From positions 1 through 34,093 of the IMG/VR virus record IMGVR_UViG_3300037424_001480: a DNA stretch of 34,093 nucleotides; one strand, given 5' to 3'. The translations under genes and the position numbers were made by a program. The notes under the pieces were generated by a model, which did no database searches, was not told where the DNA came from, and saw only the letters and a list, made by a program, of their open reading frames with translations. The DNA comes from a virus. Its lineage: Duplodnaviria; Caudoviricetes. The stretch's first letter is position 1, and each line of letters opens with the position of its first letter. This document shows, piece after piece, positions 15,087 through 24,678 of the stretch.

Positions 15087-15488
15087 ATGAACGCTCCCTT
15101 TACTCACTCTATCAATGTTTCCGATCCTGCTGCGAGCAAACGGATCCCTCTGCTACGGGTCCCGGATGATCATAACTACACCATCGAAAAGTGCTATGTG
15201 GCGCCGGATACGACCCAGGCCGGGGCAGCGGGAACCTATTGGGAACTCTCGCTGGAAAACGGCGGGACGTCCGGGACGGCCCAAACTCTGATCAGCGGCA
15301 CGGCCGGCGGAACTCCGGGTTGGACTGCCAATACCCCGCAGGAAGTCGCTGTAACTGCCGGCAGCGGAAAATTGACCGCCGGGCAGTGGCTCAACGCCAA
15401 CTATGCCGAAACTGGAGCTCCGGCTCCGGGCCGCTTCACGATCAATCTCGAAGTCCGAGATGGGATCGGAAGCAAGGCAAACGCGTAA
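15087..15488 (+). CDS. Putative head decoration protein
   Basis: AAGGAG RBS; 133 aa Gly/Thr/Ala beta-rich; follows the capsid gene. Confidence 0.6.
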   Translation: MNAPFTHSINVSDPAASKRIPLLRVPDDHNYTIEKCYVAPDTTQAGAAGTYWELSLENGGTSGTAQTLISGTAGGTPGWTANTPQEVAVTAGSGKLTAGQWLNANYAETGAPAPGRFTINLEVRDGIGSKANA

Positions 15489-15552
15489 GCAGGTGTCAGG
15501 TTTTTAAGTATCAGGTGTCAGGTAGGGCTGCATGCGCTATCTGACACCTGCT
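15488..15552 (+). repeat. CAGGTGTCAG direct and inverted repeats forming an intergenic hairpin
   Basis: Direct copies at 15490 and 15512; inverted CTGACACCTG at 15541-15550. Confidence 0.7.
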
Positions 15553-15560
15553 GAGGTTGT

Positions 15561-18302
15561 ATGAGTTCGAATAACGGCCATTCTCAGCTTTTGTCATCCC
15601 CAACACCAGGAAAACGCGTGCTCTGGTATTCGAATGCGCCGTATGCGCCGACGGGATACGGGAACCAGACGGGGCTGGTGTGCGCGTATTTGCCGCAGTT
15701 TGGGCATCCGATGGCGGTGCTGGCGAATTATGGTTTGCAGGGGACAAAGCTCGAAATCGGGGGGGTGAAGATTTATCCGCAGGGGCGGGATGGGCTTTCG
15801 AATGATATCGTCCAGGCGATGGCGGACGATTGGGAAGCGGATGTGATCCTCACCCTGTATGATGCCTGGCCGTTGAATTTCAAGACGCTGCCGGGACATC
15901 ATACGCCCTGGGTCGCCTGGGTGCCAATTGACCATGAGACGGTCCAGCCGCCATTGGTTGAGAGCCTGCGGAGGGCAGACGGGGTGGTGGCTTATTCCAA
16001 ACATGGGCAGGCCGCGCTGCAAGCAGCCGGCTTCGATGCCGCGTACATCCCGCATGGGGTGGAGACGAAGACCTTCAATCCCGGCTCTCAAAATAAAGCC
16101 CGGGCGGCAATCGGCTTCCCGGAGGACGTTTTTATGGTGGGGATGGTGGCTGCCAATAAGGGCTATCCCAGCCGGAAGTGCCTCCCCGAGGCGTTGATGG
16201 CTTTCCGGCAGTTTCATGAGGAGTATCCGAATGCGCTGCTGTATTTGCATACGCGGACGGATGAAAGCAACGGGGTGGATATCGATGAAATTATTAAATC
16301 ATTGGGTCTGGAGCGAGCGGTTTTGCTCTGCGACCAGTTCCAACTTCAGTTAGGATATCCCGCCCCGTACATGGTGGACCTGTACCGGGCGTTTGATTGT
16401 TTACTAAATCCCAGCCGGGGGGAGGGTTTCGGGATTCCGATTTTGGAGAGTCTGGCATGTGGGACGCCGGTCATTGCGACTGATACCACGGCCATGAGTG
16501 AATTGGTTGGTTTCGATACGCCCGGAAAAGCACCGGGCTACTCAACCAACGGGCAATGTGGGTGGCTGGTGGAAGGGGAGCCGTTTTGGTCATCTCAGGG
16601 GGCCTGGCAGCGAGTACCGAGGGTGGATGAGATTACAAGGGCGCTGGCCGAGGCGTGCGAGATGAAGGCGTTTGCTCCTGTGGCCTGGCTGGCTTTACAA
16701 GACCGGTGTGTGGCGCGTGCCCAGGAGTATGACTTTGGCACGGTCGTGGCTCCGCTGTGGGATGCGTATTTGCGGTCGGAGGTGTGGAAGCCGGAGCTTC
16801 GACAGGCTCAGCTACCGCGCGTGAGTGTGATCACGCCGTGGAGGGATCATCCGGAGTTGATCCCGTTGTATGAGCGGGCGGTGCAGGGGGCAGATGAGGT
16901 GATTGTCGTTGATAATGGGAGCGATGGGGGCGATTTGAAAATCGCCGAACAATTGGCCGAGATGTGTCACAGGTTGGGTGCAGTGTATGTCCGGCACGAG
17001 GAAAACCATTGGTTTAGCCGGGCGTGTAATGAGGGGGCGGACAAGGCCACCGGCGATATTTTACTTTTCTTAAATAACGATATCGCTGCCCCACCGGGCT
17101 GGATTGACCAGCTGCGGAAAGAAGTGCGGCCCGGCGCGTTGTATGGGCCTTCGAAGGCGTTTGCGCCGGTGGATGGGTTCGATGTGCCTTATATTGAGGG
17201 CTGGTGTCTGGCCGTCCGGCGGGATGATTGGGAATCGCTGCAAGGCTTTGATGAGTTTGCTTATGCCCGGCCGTATTACGAAGACACCGATTTGAGTTTC
17301 CGGGCCGTTGAGGAGTGGAAATTGAGGCTAGTGGAAACGGACTGGCCGGTGATCCATTTGGGAGAAACGACGACCCGGTCTACCCCTGGCGCATTGGATA
17401 GCGCAGAGACCAACCGGGAGACGTTCCTGGCACGGGTGCGCGAGGCGCGGCAAGGCCAACCGATTTTTCGGATTCCCCGTCCGCATGTACACCAATGGCC
17501 CCCGACCGGTCTGTACGCGGGCGAGGGGATCTGCGTCCCCTGTAAAGACCCGTCCTGCAGCGCCGGTCTGATGATTGCCCAGGGCAGTCAAAAAATCATC
17601 GAAGGCTTTTTCCCGATGGCCGTGTACGGGCTCCCTCTGGATATCGAGGACGACCCGGACGGCGGCGTAGCGAAGATCATCTGTAAAGAAATTGAGCATG
17701 CCTACCGGCTGGACGAGATTGATTTCCGGCCAGGGGATGTGGTCCTGGATATCGGGGCGCATGTGGGGATTGTGAGTATTTATCTGGCGAAGAAGCATCC
17801 GGGGCTGCGGATCATTGCCTTCGAGCCGGTGAAGGAAAATTACGAACGGCTGCTGCGAAATATTCGCGCTAACGGGGTGCAAGTGGGGGCGGTCAATTGG
17901 GCACTGACCGGGGATGGTTTGCCGGTTTCTCTGGGTGGCGATCTTCATCAGAACAGTGGGGGGATGTCAATTCTGAAAGGGGATAGGAGTGCTAAGGGGG
18001 AGGGCATCCCAGTGTTTGTGAAATCCGTCACGCTGGCCGAGGCGTTTGAAATTTTTGGGGTCCAGCAGGCGAAGCTGCTGAAGATTGACTGTGAGGGGGC
18101 AGAGTATGAGGTTTTAGGGGCCATGCCGGAGCTCTTAAGCCGGGTGGAATATTTACGTGGTGAGTTTCATGATTTTCCGGGCGGGAATCCTGATGAACTG
18201 GAGGCGTTGTGCCGGCAATTTATCCCGGCTGAAAAGGTCCGGGTCAGTGTCTCCAAAATCCAGATTGACGAACCCGTTATGGAGGCGGAATATGCATATT
18301 GA
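15561..18302 (+). CDS. Tri-domain GT4 (GT-B) glycosyltransferase / GT2 (GT-A) glycosyltransferase / FkbM-family methyltransferase
   Basis: TGYGNQT, IPHGV, PSRGEGFGIPILESLACGTPVI (GT4); VSVITP, VVDNGS, LFLNND, YYEDTDL (GT2); VLDIGAHVG, AFEPV, LKIDCEGAEY (FkbM). Confidence 0.92.
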   Translation: MSSNNGHSQLLSSPTPGKRVLWYSNAPYAPTGYGNQTGLVCAYLPQFGHPMAVLANYGLQGTKLEIGGVKIYPQGRDGLSNDIVQAMADDWEADVILTLYDAWPLNFKTLPGHHTPWVAWVPIDHETVQPPLVESLRRADGVVAYSKHGQAALQAAGFDAAYIPHGVETKTFNPGSQNKARAAIGFPEDVFMVGMVAANKGYPSRKCLPEALMAFRQFHEEYPNALLYLHTRTDESNGVDIDEIIKSLGLERAVLLCDQFQLQLGYPAPYMVDLYRAFDCLLNPSRGEGFGIPILESLACGTPVIATDTTAMSELVGFDTPGKAPGYSTNGQCGWLVEGEPFWSSQGAWQRVPRVDEITRALAEACEMKAFAPVAWLALQDRCVARAQEYDFGTVVAPLWDAYLRSEVWKPELRQAQLPRVSVITPWRDHPELIPLYERAVQGADEVIVVDNGSDGGDLKIAEQLAEMCHRLGAVYVRHEENHWFSRACNEGADKATGDILLFLNNDIAAPPGWIDQLRKEVRPGALYGPSKAFAPVDGFDVPYIEGWCLAVRRDDWESLQGFDEFAYARPYYEDTDLSFRAVEEWKLRLVETDWPVIHLGETTTRSTPGALDSAETNRETFLARVREARQGQPIFRIPRPHVHQWPPTGLYAGEGICVPCKDPSCSAGLMIAQGSQKIIEGFFPMAVYGLPLDIEDDPDGGVAKIICKEIEHAYRLDEIDFRPGDVVLDIGAHVGIVSIYLAKKHPGLRIIAFEPVKENYERLLRNIRANGVQVGAVNWALTGDGLPVSLGGDLHQNSGGMSILKGDRSAKGEGIPVFVKSVTLAEAFEIFGVQQAKLLKIDCEGAEYEVLGAMPELLSRVEYLRGEFHDFPGGNPDELEALCRQFIPAEKVRVSVSKIQIDEPVMEAEYAY

Positions 18303-18843
18303 GGCTTATCGCTTTTTGCAAGAAGCCACCGAGGGGTTGGATTTAACGGGGGCGCTGGTGCTGGAGATTGGCAGCCGGAATGTGAACGGGACGCCACGTC
18401 CGCTCTTCGACGGGTGCGCGCTGTACCTGGGGATTGATCCCCGGGCCGGGAGCGGGGTAGATCATTATGTCCGCGCTGCGGATTATGATGGTCACCAGAA
18501 TTTTGATTATGTCGTCACTGCGGAGACGATGGAACACGCCGATCCGCGCGAGATTGTGAATTGCGCCTGGCGGGCCTTGAAACCCGGTGGGCTTTTTATT
18601 TTGACGGCAGCGACCGAGGGAAGGGAGGTACATTCGAACGACGGCGTATTGGGGATGTTCGAGGGGGAGTATTACGGGAATGTGTCTCGTGAGCAGTTGG
18701 AGCAATTGCTGGCGGAGTGGGATGTGGTGCGCTTGGAGGTGGATGAGGCGCATCATGATATTTATGCGGTGGCCCGGAAGCCTGACCTACCTCCGACCGG
18801 AATTCGAGTACCAACTCTTCCCCTTGAGGAAGGAATTCTATGA
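18292..18843 (+). CDS. Class I SAM-dependent methyltransferase
   Basis: GGAGG RBS, ATG 18292; VLEIGSRNVNG, FDYVVTAETMEH, ALKPGG. Confidence 0.85.
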   Translation: MHIEAYRFLQEATEGLDLTGALVLEIGSRNVNGTPRPLFDGCALYLGIDPRAGSGVDHYVRAADYDGHQNFDYVVTAETMEHADPREIVNCAWRALKPGGLFILTAATEGREVHSNDGVLGMFEGEYYGNVSREQLEQLLAEWDVVRLEVDEAHHDIYAVARKPDLPPTGIRVPTLPLEEGIL

Positions 18844-20180
18844 AGCAAAAAATTTTTTTTCCAGTTGCAGTTTTCCTTATTTTGGTTTTTCTGGCAGCCT
18901 GCGCGGTGCCGGCCCCGACCGAAACTATTTTACGTATTACGAGCACCCCCTCAGCACGCGCGACTCCCACGGGAACGCCAATATCCGTGACTGAGACGGC
19001 GGTCCCGAAACCTACCTCCACGCCCATTCCGATAGCGACTGAGACGCCAACCTTGATGCCACCAGGGGTCTGCCCCCCCCATGAAAATGCCTGGCACGCA
19101 CCGGCTGACGTACCATGTATGCACCACCATCATGGGGTTGATCCGCGCAGTGAGGAAGTTGAGACCATCTTCAACCTCAGCGGATATGACATCGAACGAG
19201 ATCTGCTCGATCCTTATGGTGAGCTCTGGAACGACCTCTGGCTAACCTCCCCAATTGAGGAAAAAGACGGATTTATCTACGCGCTTTTTATGCCAGAGGG
19301 CTGCCCACAAAACGGACAACCCGAGGGATCATCCGAATACGGGTGCATTACGGCGGTTCTGGTTGAATTCCATGACCCTGGGACTCTTGATCATTTGCCA
19401 AAACGGTCCCATACCCAAAGGTTAGTCGCGAAAATATGCGCAAACCAGGATGGGCAACCCGACCTGACTGCATGTGGAATTTTGCAAATTGCAGCAGAAC
19501 ACGCAGATTATGGACACTTTGATCCGCGCTACAAGACCGATCTCTGTCATTTGGATGTAGAGCCAGGGTATCCATACCCACAAAGTTTAATTGATCAGCC
19601 GAGCTATCGGACGAGCGCGGTGAGTTTATCTAATACCGAGTTTATCGAGGCCTTGGGTGGGCTGCCCGTCAACAATAGCTATTGGGTCAGCACCCCCCAG
19701 AACGAGATCGTAAAAGAGTTCTACGACCCATTAACAAACCGGTTCCGGCACATGGCATGGAGCAGCCTGGACGTGTTCCAGTTGTTCCCGTCCATCCCAG
19801 GAGGAGCGCGCGGTATCCCAGACCTGGAAACCTATTGCGATCTTCCGGGCGGTTTGGCGGAAACGCAAAGCAAGCTGGCTGAGGTGCCCCCACTGCCTAG
19901 CTATGAACACCGCACATTCCAATTGGTTCATCTGCAATTCGATCAGCTGCCGACCCAGCCGGGAACGTACTGGTATGATCTAAATGGAGCTCCTCGGCCA
20001 ACAGGGGCATGCGAGGGGATTTCGGCAACCTGTGTTCCCTATCTTGTGGCGGGAAACTTACCGCCACGCGCCATGTTGAAATATGATGCGTTTTTCGGTG
20101 GGAATTGTGCCTTTATCCTCTGTTTCATCGCAGAAACCAACGGGGTGAAATTGATAATGCCGGGGCTGGATGTTCCGTAA
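18840..20180 (+). CDS. Predicted lipoprotein with Pro/Thr linker and His/Cys-rich domain
   Basis: Signal peptide with lipobox LAA-C; TPSARATPTGTP..PTSTPIP linker; WH....C.HHHHG.DP. Confidence 0.8.
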   Translation: MKQKIFFPVAVFLILVFLAACAVPAPTETILRITSTPSARATPTGTPISVTETAVPKPTSTPIPIATETPTLMPPGVCPPHENAWHAPADVPCMHHHHGVDPRSEEVETIFNLSGYDIERDLLDPYGELWNDLWLTSPIEEKDGFIYALFMPEGCPQNGQPEGSSEYGCITAVLVEFHDPGTLDHLPKRSHTQRLVAKICANQDGQPDLTACGILQIAAEHADYGHFDPRYKTDLCHLDVEPGYPYPQSLIDQPSYRTSAVSLSNTEFIEALGGLPVNNSYWVSTPQNEIVKEFYDPLTNRFRHMAWSSLDVFQLFPSIPGGARGIPDLETYCDLPGGLAETQSKLAEVPPLPSYEHRTFQLVHLQFDQLPTQPGTYWYDLNGAPRPTGACEGISATCVPYLVAGNLPPRAMLKYDAFFGGNCAFILCFIAETNGVKLIMPGLDVP

Positions 20181-21679
20181 TGGCAAACCTGGCAGCCCAA
20201 CTACGCGCAAACGCGCAAAGCATCTGGCCGGGGGCGAGTGTTGCCGCGCGCGGGCGCGACTATCTGCTGCACCAACATCCCACCGACCCTACCCGGCGGA
20301 TGGTAGACATAAGCCTGGGGGCCATCCATTATGGCGCGCAATTCGACCAGGAAATAGATACAGCCTGGATACCTACAAGCGCGCCGGAAGATTCGCCTTA
20401 CATCCGCAAAATGGATTTGGCCGACTATAAAGCCCTCTTTGGCAATGGCAACCTGTTGTTCACCCCGGCGTTTCCATTCCGGTACATCAACCCCACAACC
20501 GGAGATTTTCTTTCCTGGCAGGCCAACCCGAATCTGCAATGGACGAATGATCAAAACTCAGTAGCAAACATCGGCCTCGCCAAACAAGCAATTGAGGCTC
20601 AAATCACCGATGACGCCCTGTTTTTTCCGGGGGTGTATGGGACGGGGTTTGATTTTACGATAGAGTTGCAAACCACCCGCCTAATGAAAAAGTTGACCGT
20701 TGCCAATGCCGCGACCATTGGGACACCACCCCAAAACATCATTGACGGCGGAAACCCGGTAATGATGTTGTCGTTTCAGTTTCAACGCTCAGCGGGGGTG
20801 ACGATTTGGGTGGACGGGGTGCAATGGGGGGAGGGGACGGGGCAAGGTAATGCCATTGCGACTGTCAACACAGTAGAATTTAAGGACAGCCTGGGGAATA
20901 TTCTATGGGCAATGCCGCCCGCCTGGGCGGTTGGCGCAAACGAAAATAGCCCTCCCAATGTCGTGACCCGTTTTCGACGGGCTGGCTCATCGTTTTTCAT
21001 CGAGTACCGCCTGGCCTGGCCATGGCTGCAAACGGCAGCCTATCCCATCACGCTCGATCCTACCGTAGACACGCAAGTAGCAGCCGGGGCAGATGACGCA
21101 CATGAATTAGACGATGGGACGGGTTTCGCCGGCACAAACGCCAGCATCCGCGCAAGCAGCAATACGAGTGCCGCCAGCCGCTTCAATGCCGGGACACGCT
21201 TCACATTAACCGGCCCGGCCAATGGGGATACTATTAACGTTGCCTACCTCCCGATCCATGCCCTTAATGGTGGTTCCGATGACCCGAACAGCGAGATTTA
21301 CTGCGAGGACGTGGATAATGCCGCCAATTACACGACTACTGCCGATGTAACCAGCCGCGTCCGCACAATCGCGTTCACTAACTGGACAGCTACTGGGATT
21401 GGAACGGGGGAAGTCAACAGCCCCTCGGTGGTCAGTGCGGTTCAGGCGGTCATTGATCGGGCAGGTTGGGCTAGTGGCAACGCAATAAATTTCATCTGGC
21501 ATGGTAAAAGCGATGTTAATCAAGCATTCACCATGGATGCTTTTGAGGGCACTTCCACCGAGTGTGCCAAGCTGCATATTGAATATACGGCGGCGGGGGG
21601 GGCAGCCGGGCAGCCGTTTCCGGTGCGGATGCAAGGAATTCCAACAGGGCGACGGGATCGGCCGAGCCGTTGGAATTGA
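20180..21679 (+). CDS. Putative virion structural protein (beta-rich)
   Basis: 499 aa from ATG 20180; WLQTAAYPITLDPT, DDA.E, GWASGNAI and KLHIEYT segments. Confidence 0.7.
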   Translation: MANLAAQLRANAQSIWPGASVAARGRDYLLHQHPTDPTRRMVDISLGAIHYGAQFDQEIDTAWIPTSAPEDSPYIRKMDLADYKALFGNGNLLFTPAFPFRYINPTTGDFLSWQANPNLQWTNDQNSVANIGLAKQAIEAQITDDALFFPGVYGTGFDFTIELQTTRLMKKLTVANAATIGTPPQNIIDGGNPVMMLSFQFQRSAGVTIWVDGVQWGEGTGQGNAIATVNTVEFKDSLGNILWAMPPAWAVGANENSPPNVVTRFRRAGSSFFIEYRLAWPWLQTAAYPITLDPTVDTQVAAGADDAHELDDGTGFAGTNASIRASSNTSAASRFNAGTRFTLTGPANGDTINVAYLPIHALNGGSDDPNSEIYCEDVDNAANYTTTADVTSRVRTIAFTNWTATGIGTGEVNSPSVVSAVQAVIDRAGWASGNAINFIWHGKSDVNQAFTMDAFEGTSTECAKLHIEYTAAGGAAGQPFPVRMQGIPTGRRDRPSRWN

Positions 21680-21692
21680 TCCAGGAGCTCTT

Positions 21693-22049
21693 ATGAATAT
21701 GGAAATGGAACATGGAAAAGTTTATAAAATATGGCACAAACGGAAAGGGCCTTTCGTGGCCCAGTTTCTAGGAATCGTCGAGGGCGACGAGGTGGACCCC
21801 CAATTCATTTACGTGCGCTATGATGTGCGTGTGGGGACGGATCAGGCGCATTTATCCACCAATCCAGGTAAACAAAATGTCCGGGAGAGCAACCTGCGTC
21901 CCTCGTTGATTACAAATATCGAATTGTTTACGGACAATCACTGGCTGCGGGAACTGAAGTCTCCCGAACCGCCGATTCCCACGCCTGCTCCAGTAAAAAC
22001 CGGATTCCTGGCGCGTCTCAAGAGTGCCTTCGGGCACAAGGAGCAATAA
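21693..22049 (+). CDS. Hypothetical protein
   Basis: AGGAG RBS, ATG 21693, 118 aa. Confidence 0.6.
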   Translation: MNMEMEHGKVYKIWHKRKGPFVAQFLGIVEGDEVDPQFIYVRYDVRVGTDQAHLSTNPGKQNVRESNLRPSLITNIELFTDNHWLRELKSPEPPIPTPAPVKTGFLARLKSAFGHKEQ

Positions 22050-22050
22050 T

Positions 22051-23307
22051 ATGGCAGATTGGCCCCCGAAAAAGAACTCAGCCTTTACGGCCACCTACCC
22101 GATCTACGACAACGATGGGGATTTGGTGACCGGCGCAGCCGCGCTGGACAGCGAGGTCAGTAAAGATGGCGGGACGTTCACCGATGCCACGAATGAGGCC
22201 GGTGAGATCGCTACTTCGAGCGGCATCTATACTCTGGCGCTCACCGCGACGGAGATGAACGCCGACATCGTGGCGACGATCACGAAGACCACTACCACGG
22301 ACGCCAAGACCGCCGTAAACGTGATGTACACGGCGACGCGGCAACTACTGGATCTGGCCTACCCTACGGTCAGTGGGCGCAGCATGGATGTGGATGCCTC
22401 TGGCGGGGTGGAAGTCGGCTCACACCAGGCTGGCGCAATAACCTCCGCTGCATTTGCGGCCGGGGCGATTGACGCGGCCGCGATTGCTACCGGCGCAATA
22501 GACGCCGACGCACTGGCGGCTGACGCCCTCACCGAAATCCGATCACTGGTGTCAGGAACGGCGGACAGTGGTTCCACGACCACGATGGTAGATGCCGCCC
22601 GCACGGAGGCCGATACCGATTATTGGAAAGGGAAATGGGTTTTGTTTACCAGTGGTTCGATTGCCAACCAGGTGCGGTTGATTACCGCCTTCGACCCGGC
22701 GACCGACACGTCCACCTTTGCCCCGGCGACGACCCAGGCCGTGAGCACGAATACCTATGAAATCCTGCCTGCTGCGGCAATGGATTTGCGGCTATGGCTT
22801 GGCTCTGCGCCGAACGCGCTGCAATCCGGGCGAGTGGACAGCTATTTAGGCGCGACGGCTGCGGCGGTCATCGCGGCGGCCTCGTTTGCGGCCGGGGCCA
22901 TTGACGCCAATGCCATCGGCACGGGTGCGATTGACGCCGATGCGATTGCAGCGGCAGCGATCACGGCGGCCAAATTTGCCGCCGGCGCGATTGATGCGTC
23001 GGCCATTGCAACCGGGGCGATTGATGCCGATGCGATTGCGGCGAATGCGATTGGCGCGTCCGAACTGGCCGCCGACGCCGCCCTCGAAATTGCGGATGCG
23101 ATTTTGCAACGCGACATGGATCAGGTCGAGGCGGCTGCCCCGGTACATAGCCTGGTCGTCGCCATCCTGAAAGCGGTTTCGCGCATCCGGGATAACGCCG
23201 GAACGCTGGAAGTCTACCAGACGAACGGCACGACGTTGAAGATGAGCCAGACGGTGACGACCGATGCAGCCCTCAATCCGGTAGATGAGCTCTCAGCAGG
23301 CAGTTAA
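22051..23307 (+). CDS. Ala-rich repeat virion protein
   Basis: AAGGAG RBS; SEVSKDGG N-domain; tandem AAGAIDAxAI / ATGAIDADAI decamers. Confidence 0.75.
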   Translation: MADWPPKKNSAFTATYPIYDNDGDLVTGAAALDSEVSKDGGTFTDATNEAGEIATSSGIYTLALTATEMNADIVATITKTTTTDAKTAVNVMYTATRQLLDLAYPTVSGRSMDVDASGGVEVGSHQAGAITSAAFAAGAIDAAAIATGAIDADALAADALTEIRSLVSGTADSGSTTTMVDAARTEADTDYWKGKWVLFTSGSIANQVRLITAFDPATDTSTFAPATTQAVSTNTYEILPAAAMDLRLWLGSAPNALQSGRVDSYLGATAAAVIAAASFAAGAIDANAIGTGAIDADAIAAAAITAAKFAAGAIDASAIATGAIDADAIAANAIGASELAADAALEIADAILQRDMDQVEAAAPVHSLVVAILKAVSRIRDNAGTLEVYQTNGTTLKMSQTVTTDAALNPVDELSAGS

Positions 23308-23546
23308 TGGCAGCCAAACGTGGCAGAACGATCAGCAATCACAGCCAGCTTTTTGCCGGGCTGAGCGGCGGGCAGGCCGAGGCTGCACCCACCGGCCAAC
23401 CGGTCATGGTGCGGATGTTCGGGATTCCGACGATGCCTGGGTATCGTGACCGGCCTGGCAAGTGGAATTTGTTCCCGTTTATCTTGCCGCCGCTGCTTCT
23501 GGAGGGGCTGCGGCGGCTGGCCGGGCTGTTGAGCCGGTGGTCATAG
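23307..23546 (+). CDS. Small modular protein
   Basis: TAATG overlap; shares motifs with the 20180 and 23548 genes. Confidence 0.6.
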   Translation: MAAKRGRTISNHSQLFAGLSGGQAEAAPTGQPVMVRMFGIPTMPGYRDRPGKWNLFPFILPPLLLEGLRRLAGLLSRWS

Positions 23547-23547
23547 T

Positions 23548-23754
23548 GTGGCTGCCAAACGCAAACGCACCATTACGACATTCGGCCAGCTCTTCGAGAG
23601 CCTGGCCGGTGGTGGGCTGCCCGCCGCGGTGTCGCCGGGAACAGTGACCCTCAGTTTCGCCGAAGTGTATTCCATATCTCTTTCTTATGTGGATGTCACC
23701 TCGTTGAATCTGGCGTTTGCCGAAGTCTACACAATCACGATAAGTGAGACATGA
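23548..23754 (+). CDS. Small modular protein
   Basis: N-terminus paralogous to the 23307 gene; LSFAEVY-type repeats; ATGA overlap downstream. Confidence 0.6.
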   Translation: MAAKRKRTITTFGQLFESLAGGGLPAAVSPGTVTLSFAEVYSISLSYVDVTSLNLAFAEVYTITISET

Positions 23755-24044
23755 CCGTATTTGTCAAAGGAAAACTCGTTCGCTCCTCAGCCGCGTTTAC
23801 CAATAGCGCGGGGGCTGCCATAGACCCCACGGCGGTCAAGGTTACTGTCCGCACGCCGGCAAAGGTTTCGACGACTTACGTGTATGGCACCGACGCCGCG
23901 CTGGTAAAGGATTCGGCCGGCAATTACCACCTTGATATTGATGCGAGTCTGTCTGGTTTTTACTACACCTATTGGTTCAGCACCGGCACCGGCCAGGCGG
24001 CTGAAGAAAGTTTTTTTGAGGTCATTGACCCGATAGCAGGTTGA
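23751..24044 (+). CDS. Small Ig-like virion protein
   Basis: F....G.AIDPT.V...V..P....G.Y..D....G.Y...W...G pattern. Confidence 0.65.
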   Translation: MTVFVKGKLVRSSAAFTNSAGAAIDPTAVKVTVRTPAKVSTTYVYGTDAALVKDSAGNYHLDIDASLSGFYYTYWFSTGTGQAAEESFFEVIDPIAG

Positions 24045-24062
24045 TCAGGAGTTTGATTGACG

Positions 24063-24668
24063 ATGGCAGACATTCGAGCAGGCATGGAAGAGATTTTGCT
24101 GCGGCTGCGCCAGGTGGGAGAGGCCGGGACGGCGGATTATTCCGTCGCAGGGAAAACATACTGGCACTCCGTCGATCTGCAATCCCAGGCCGACCGGCAC
24201 CGGCAGTATTTCCACGCGGTGAATCTGGTCCCTGAACCCCAACAGATCGGGGTGACGACATATTACTATCGCTACCGGTTTCCGGCGGGGTTCAAACCTG
24301 ATGCGCACGCGGTGGAAGGCACGGCGGGGGGGACGGCGGCTTTTCGGGTGGATGATTCGACCGGGGCGTTGATCTCCGGGACACTGTACACGTTCAACGC
24401 GGATGCGTTTGATCTGGTTTTCACAAATGATCAGGCCGGGAGTGCCCGGTATTGGACCGGATTTGCGTATGATTTGAATGACATCGCGTACGATCTTTGG
24501 CGTACCAAAGCCGGGCACGTCTGGACGGCGATCAACTTCAGTGCGGATGGGCACCGGTTTGATCGGGCGGGGCTGCATGCCAACTGCCTGCGGATGGCTG
24601 AGATGTTCGCCCAGGCGCAGGGCGTGAAGACGACGCGGATGGTACGGTCAGACGTGGCGTCAGGTTGA
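24063..24668 (+). CDS. Head-tail adaptor (putative)
   Basis: LRLRQVG, YDLNDIAYDLWRTKA, FSADG..F.R; position before neck genes. Confidence 0.7.
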   Translation: MADIRAGMEEILLRLRQVGEAGTADYSVAGKTYWHSVDLQSQADRHRQYFHAVNLVPEPQQIGVTTYYYRYRFPAGFKPDAHAVEGTAGGTAAFRVDDSTGALISGTLYTFNADAFDLVFTNDQAGSARYWTGFAYDLNDIAYDLWRTKAGHVWTAINFSADGHRFDRAGLHANCLRMAEMFAQAQGVKTTRMVRSDVASG

Positions 24669-24678
24669 GAGGTGTCAG

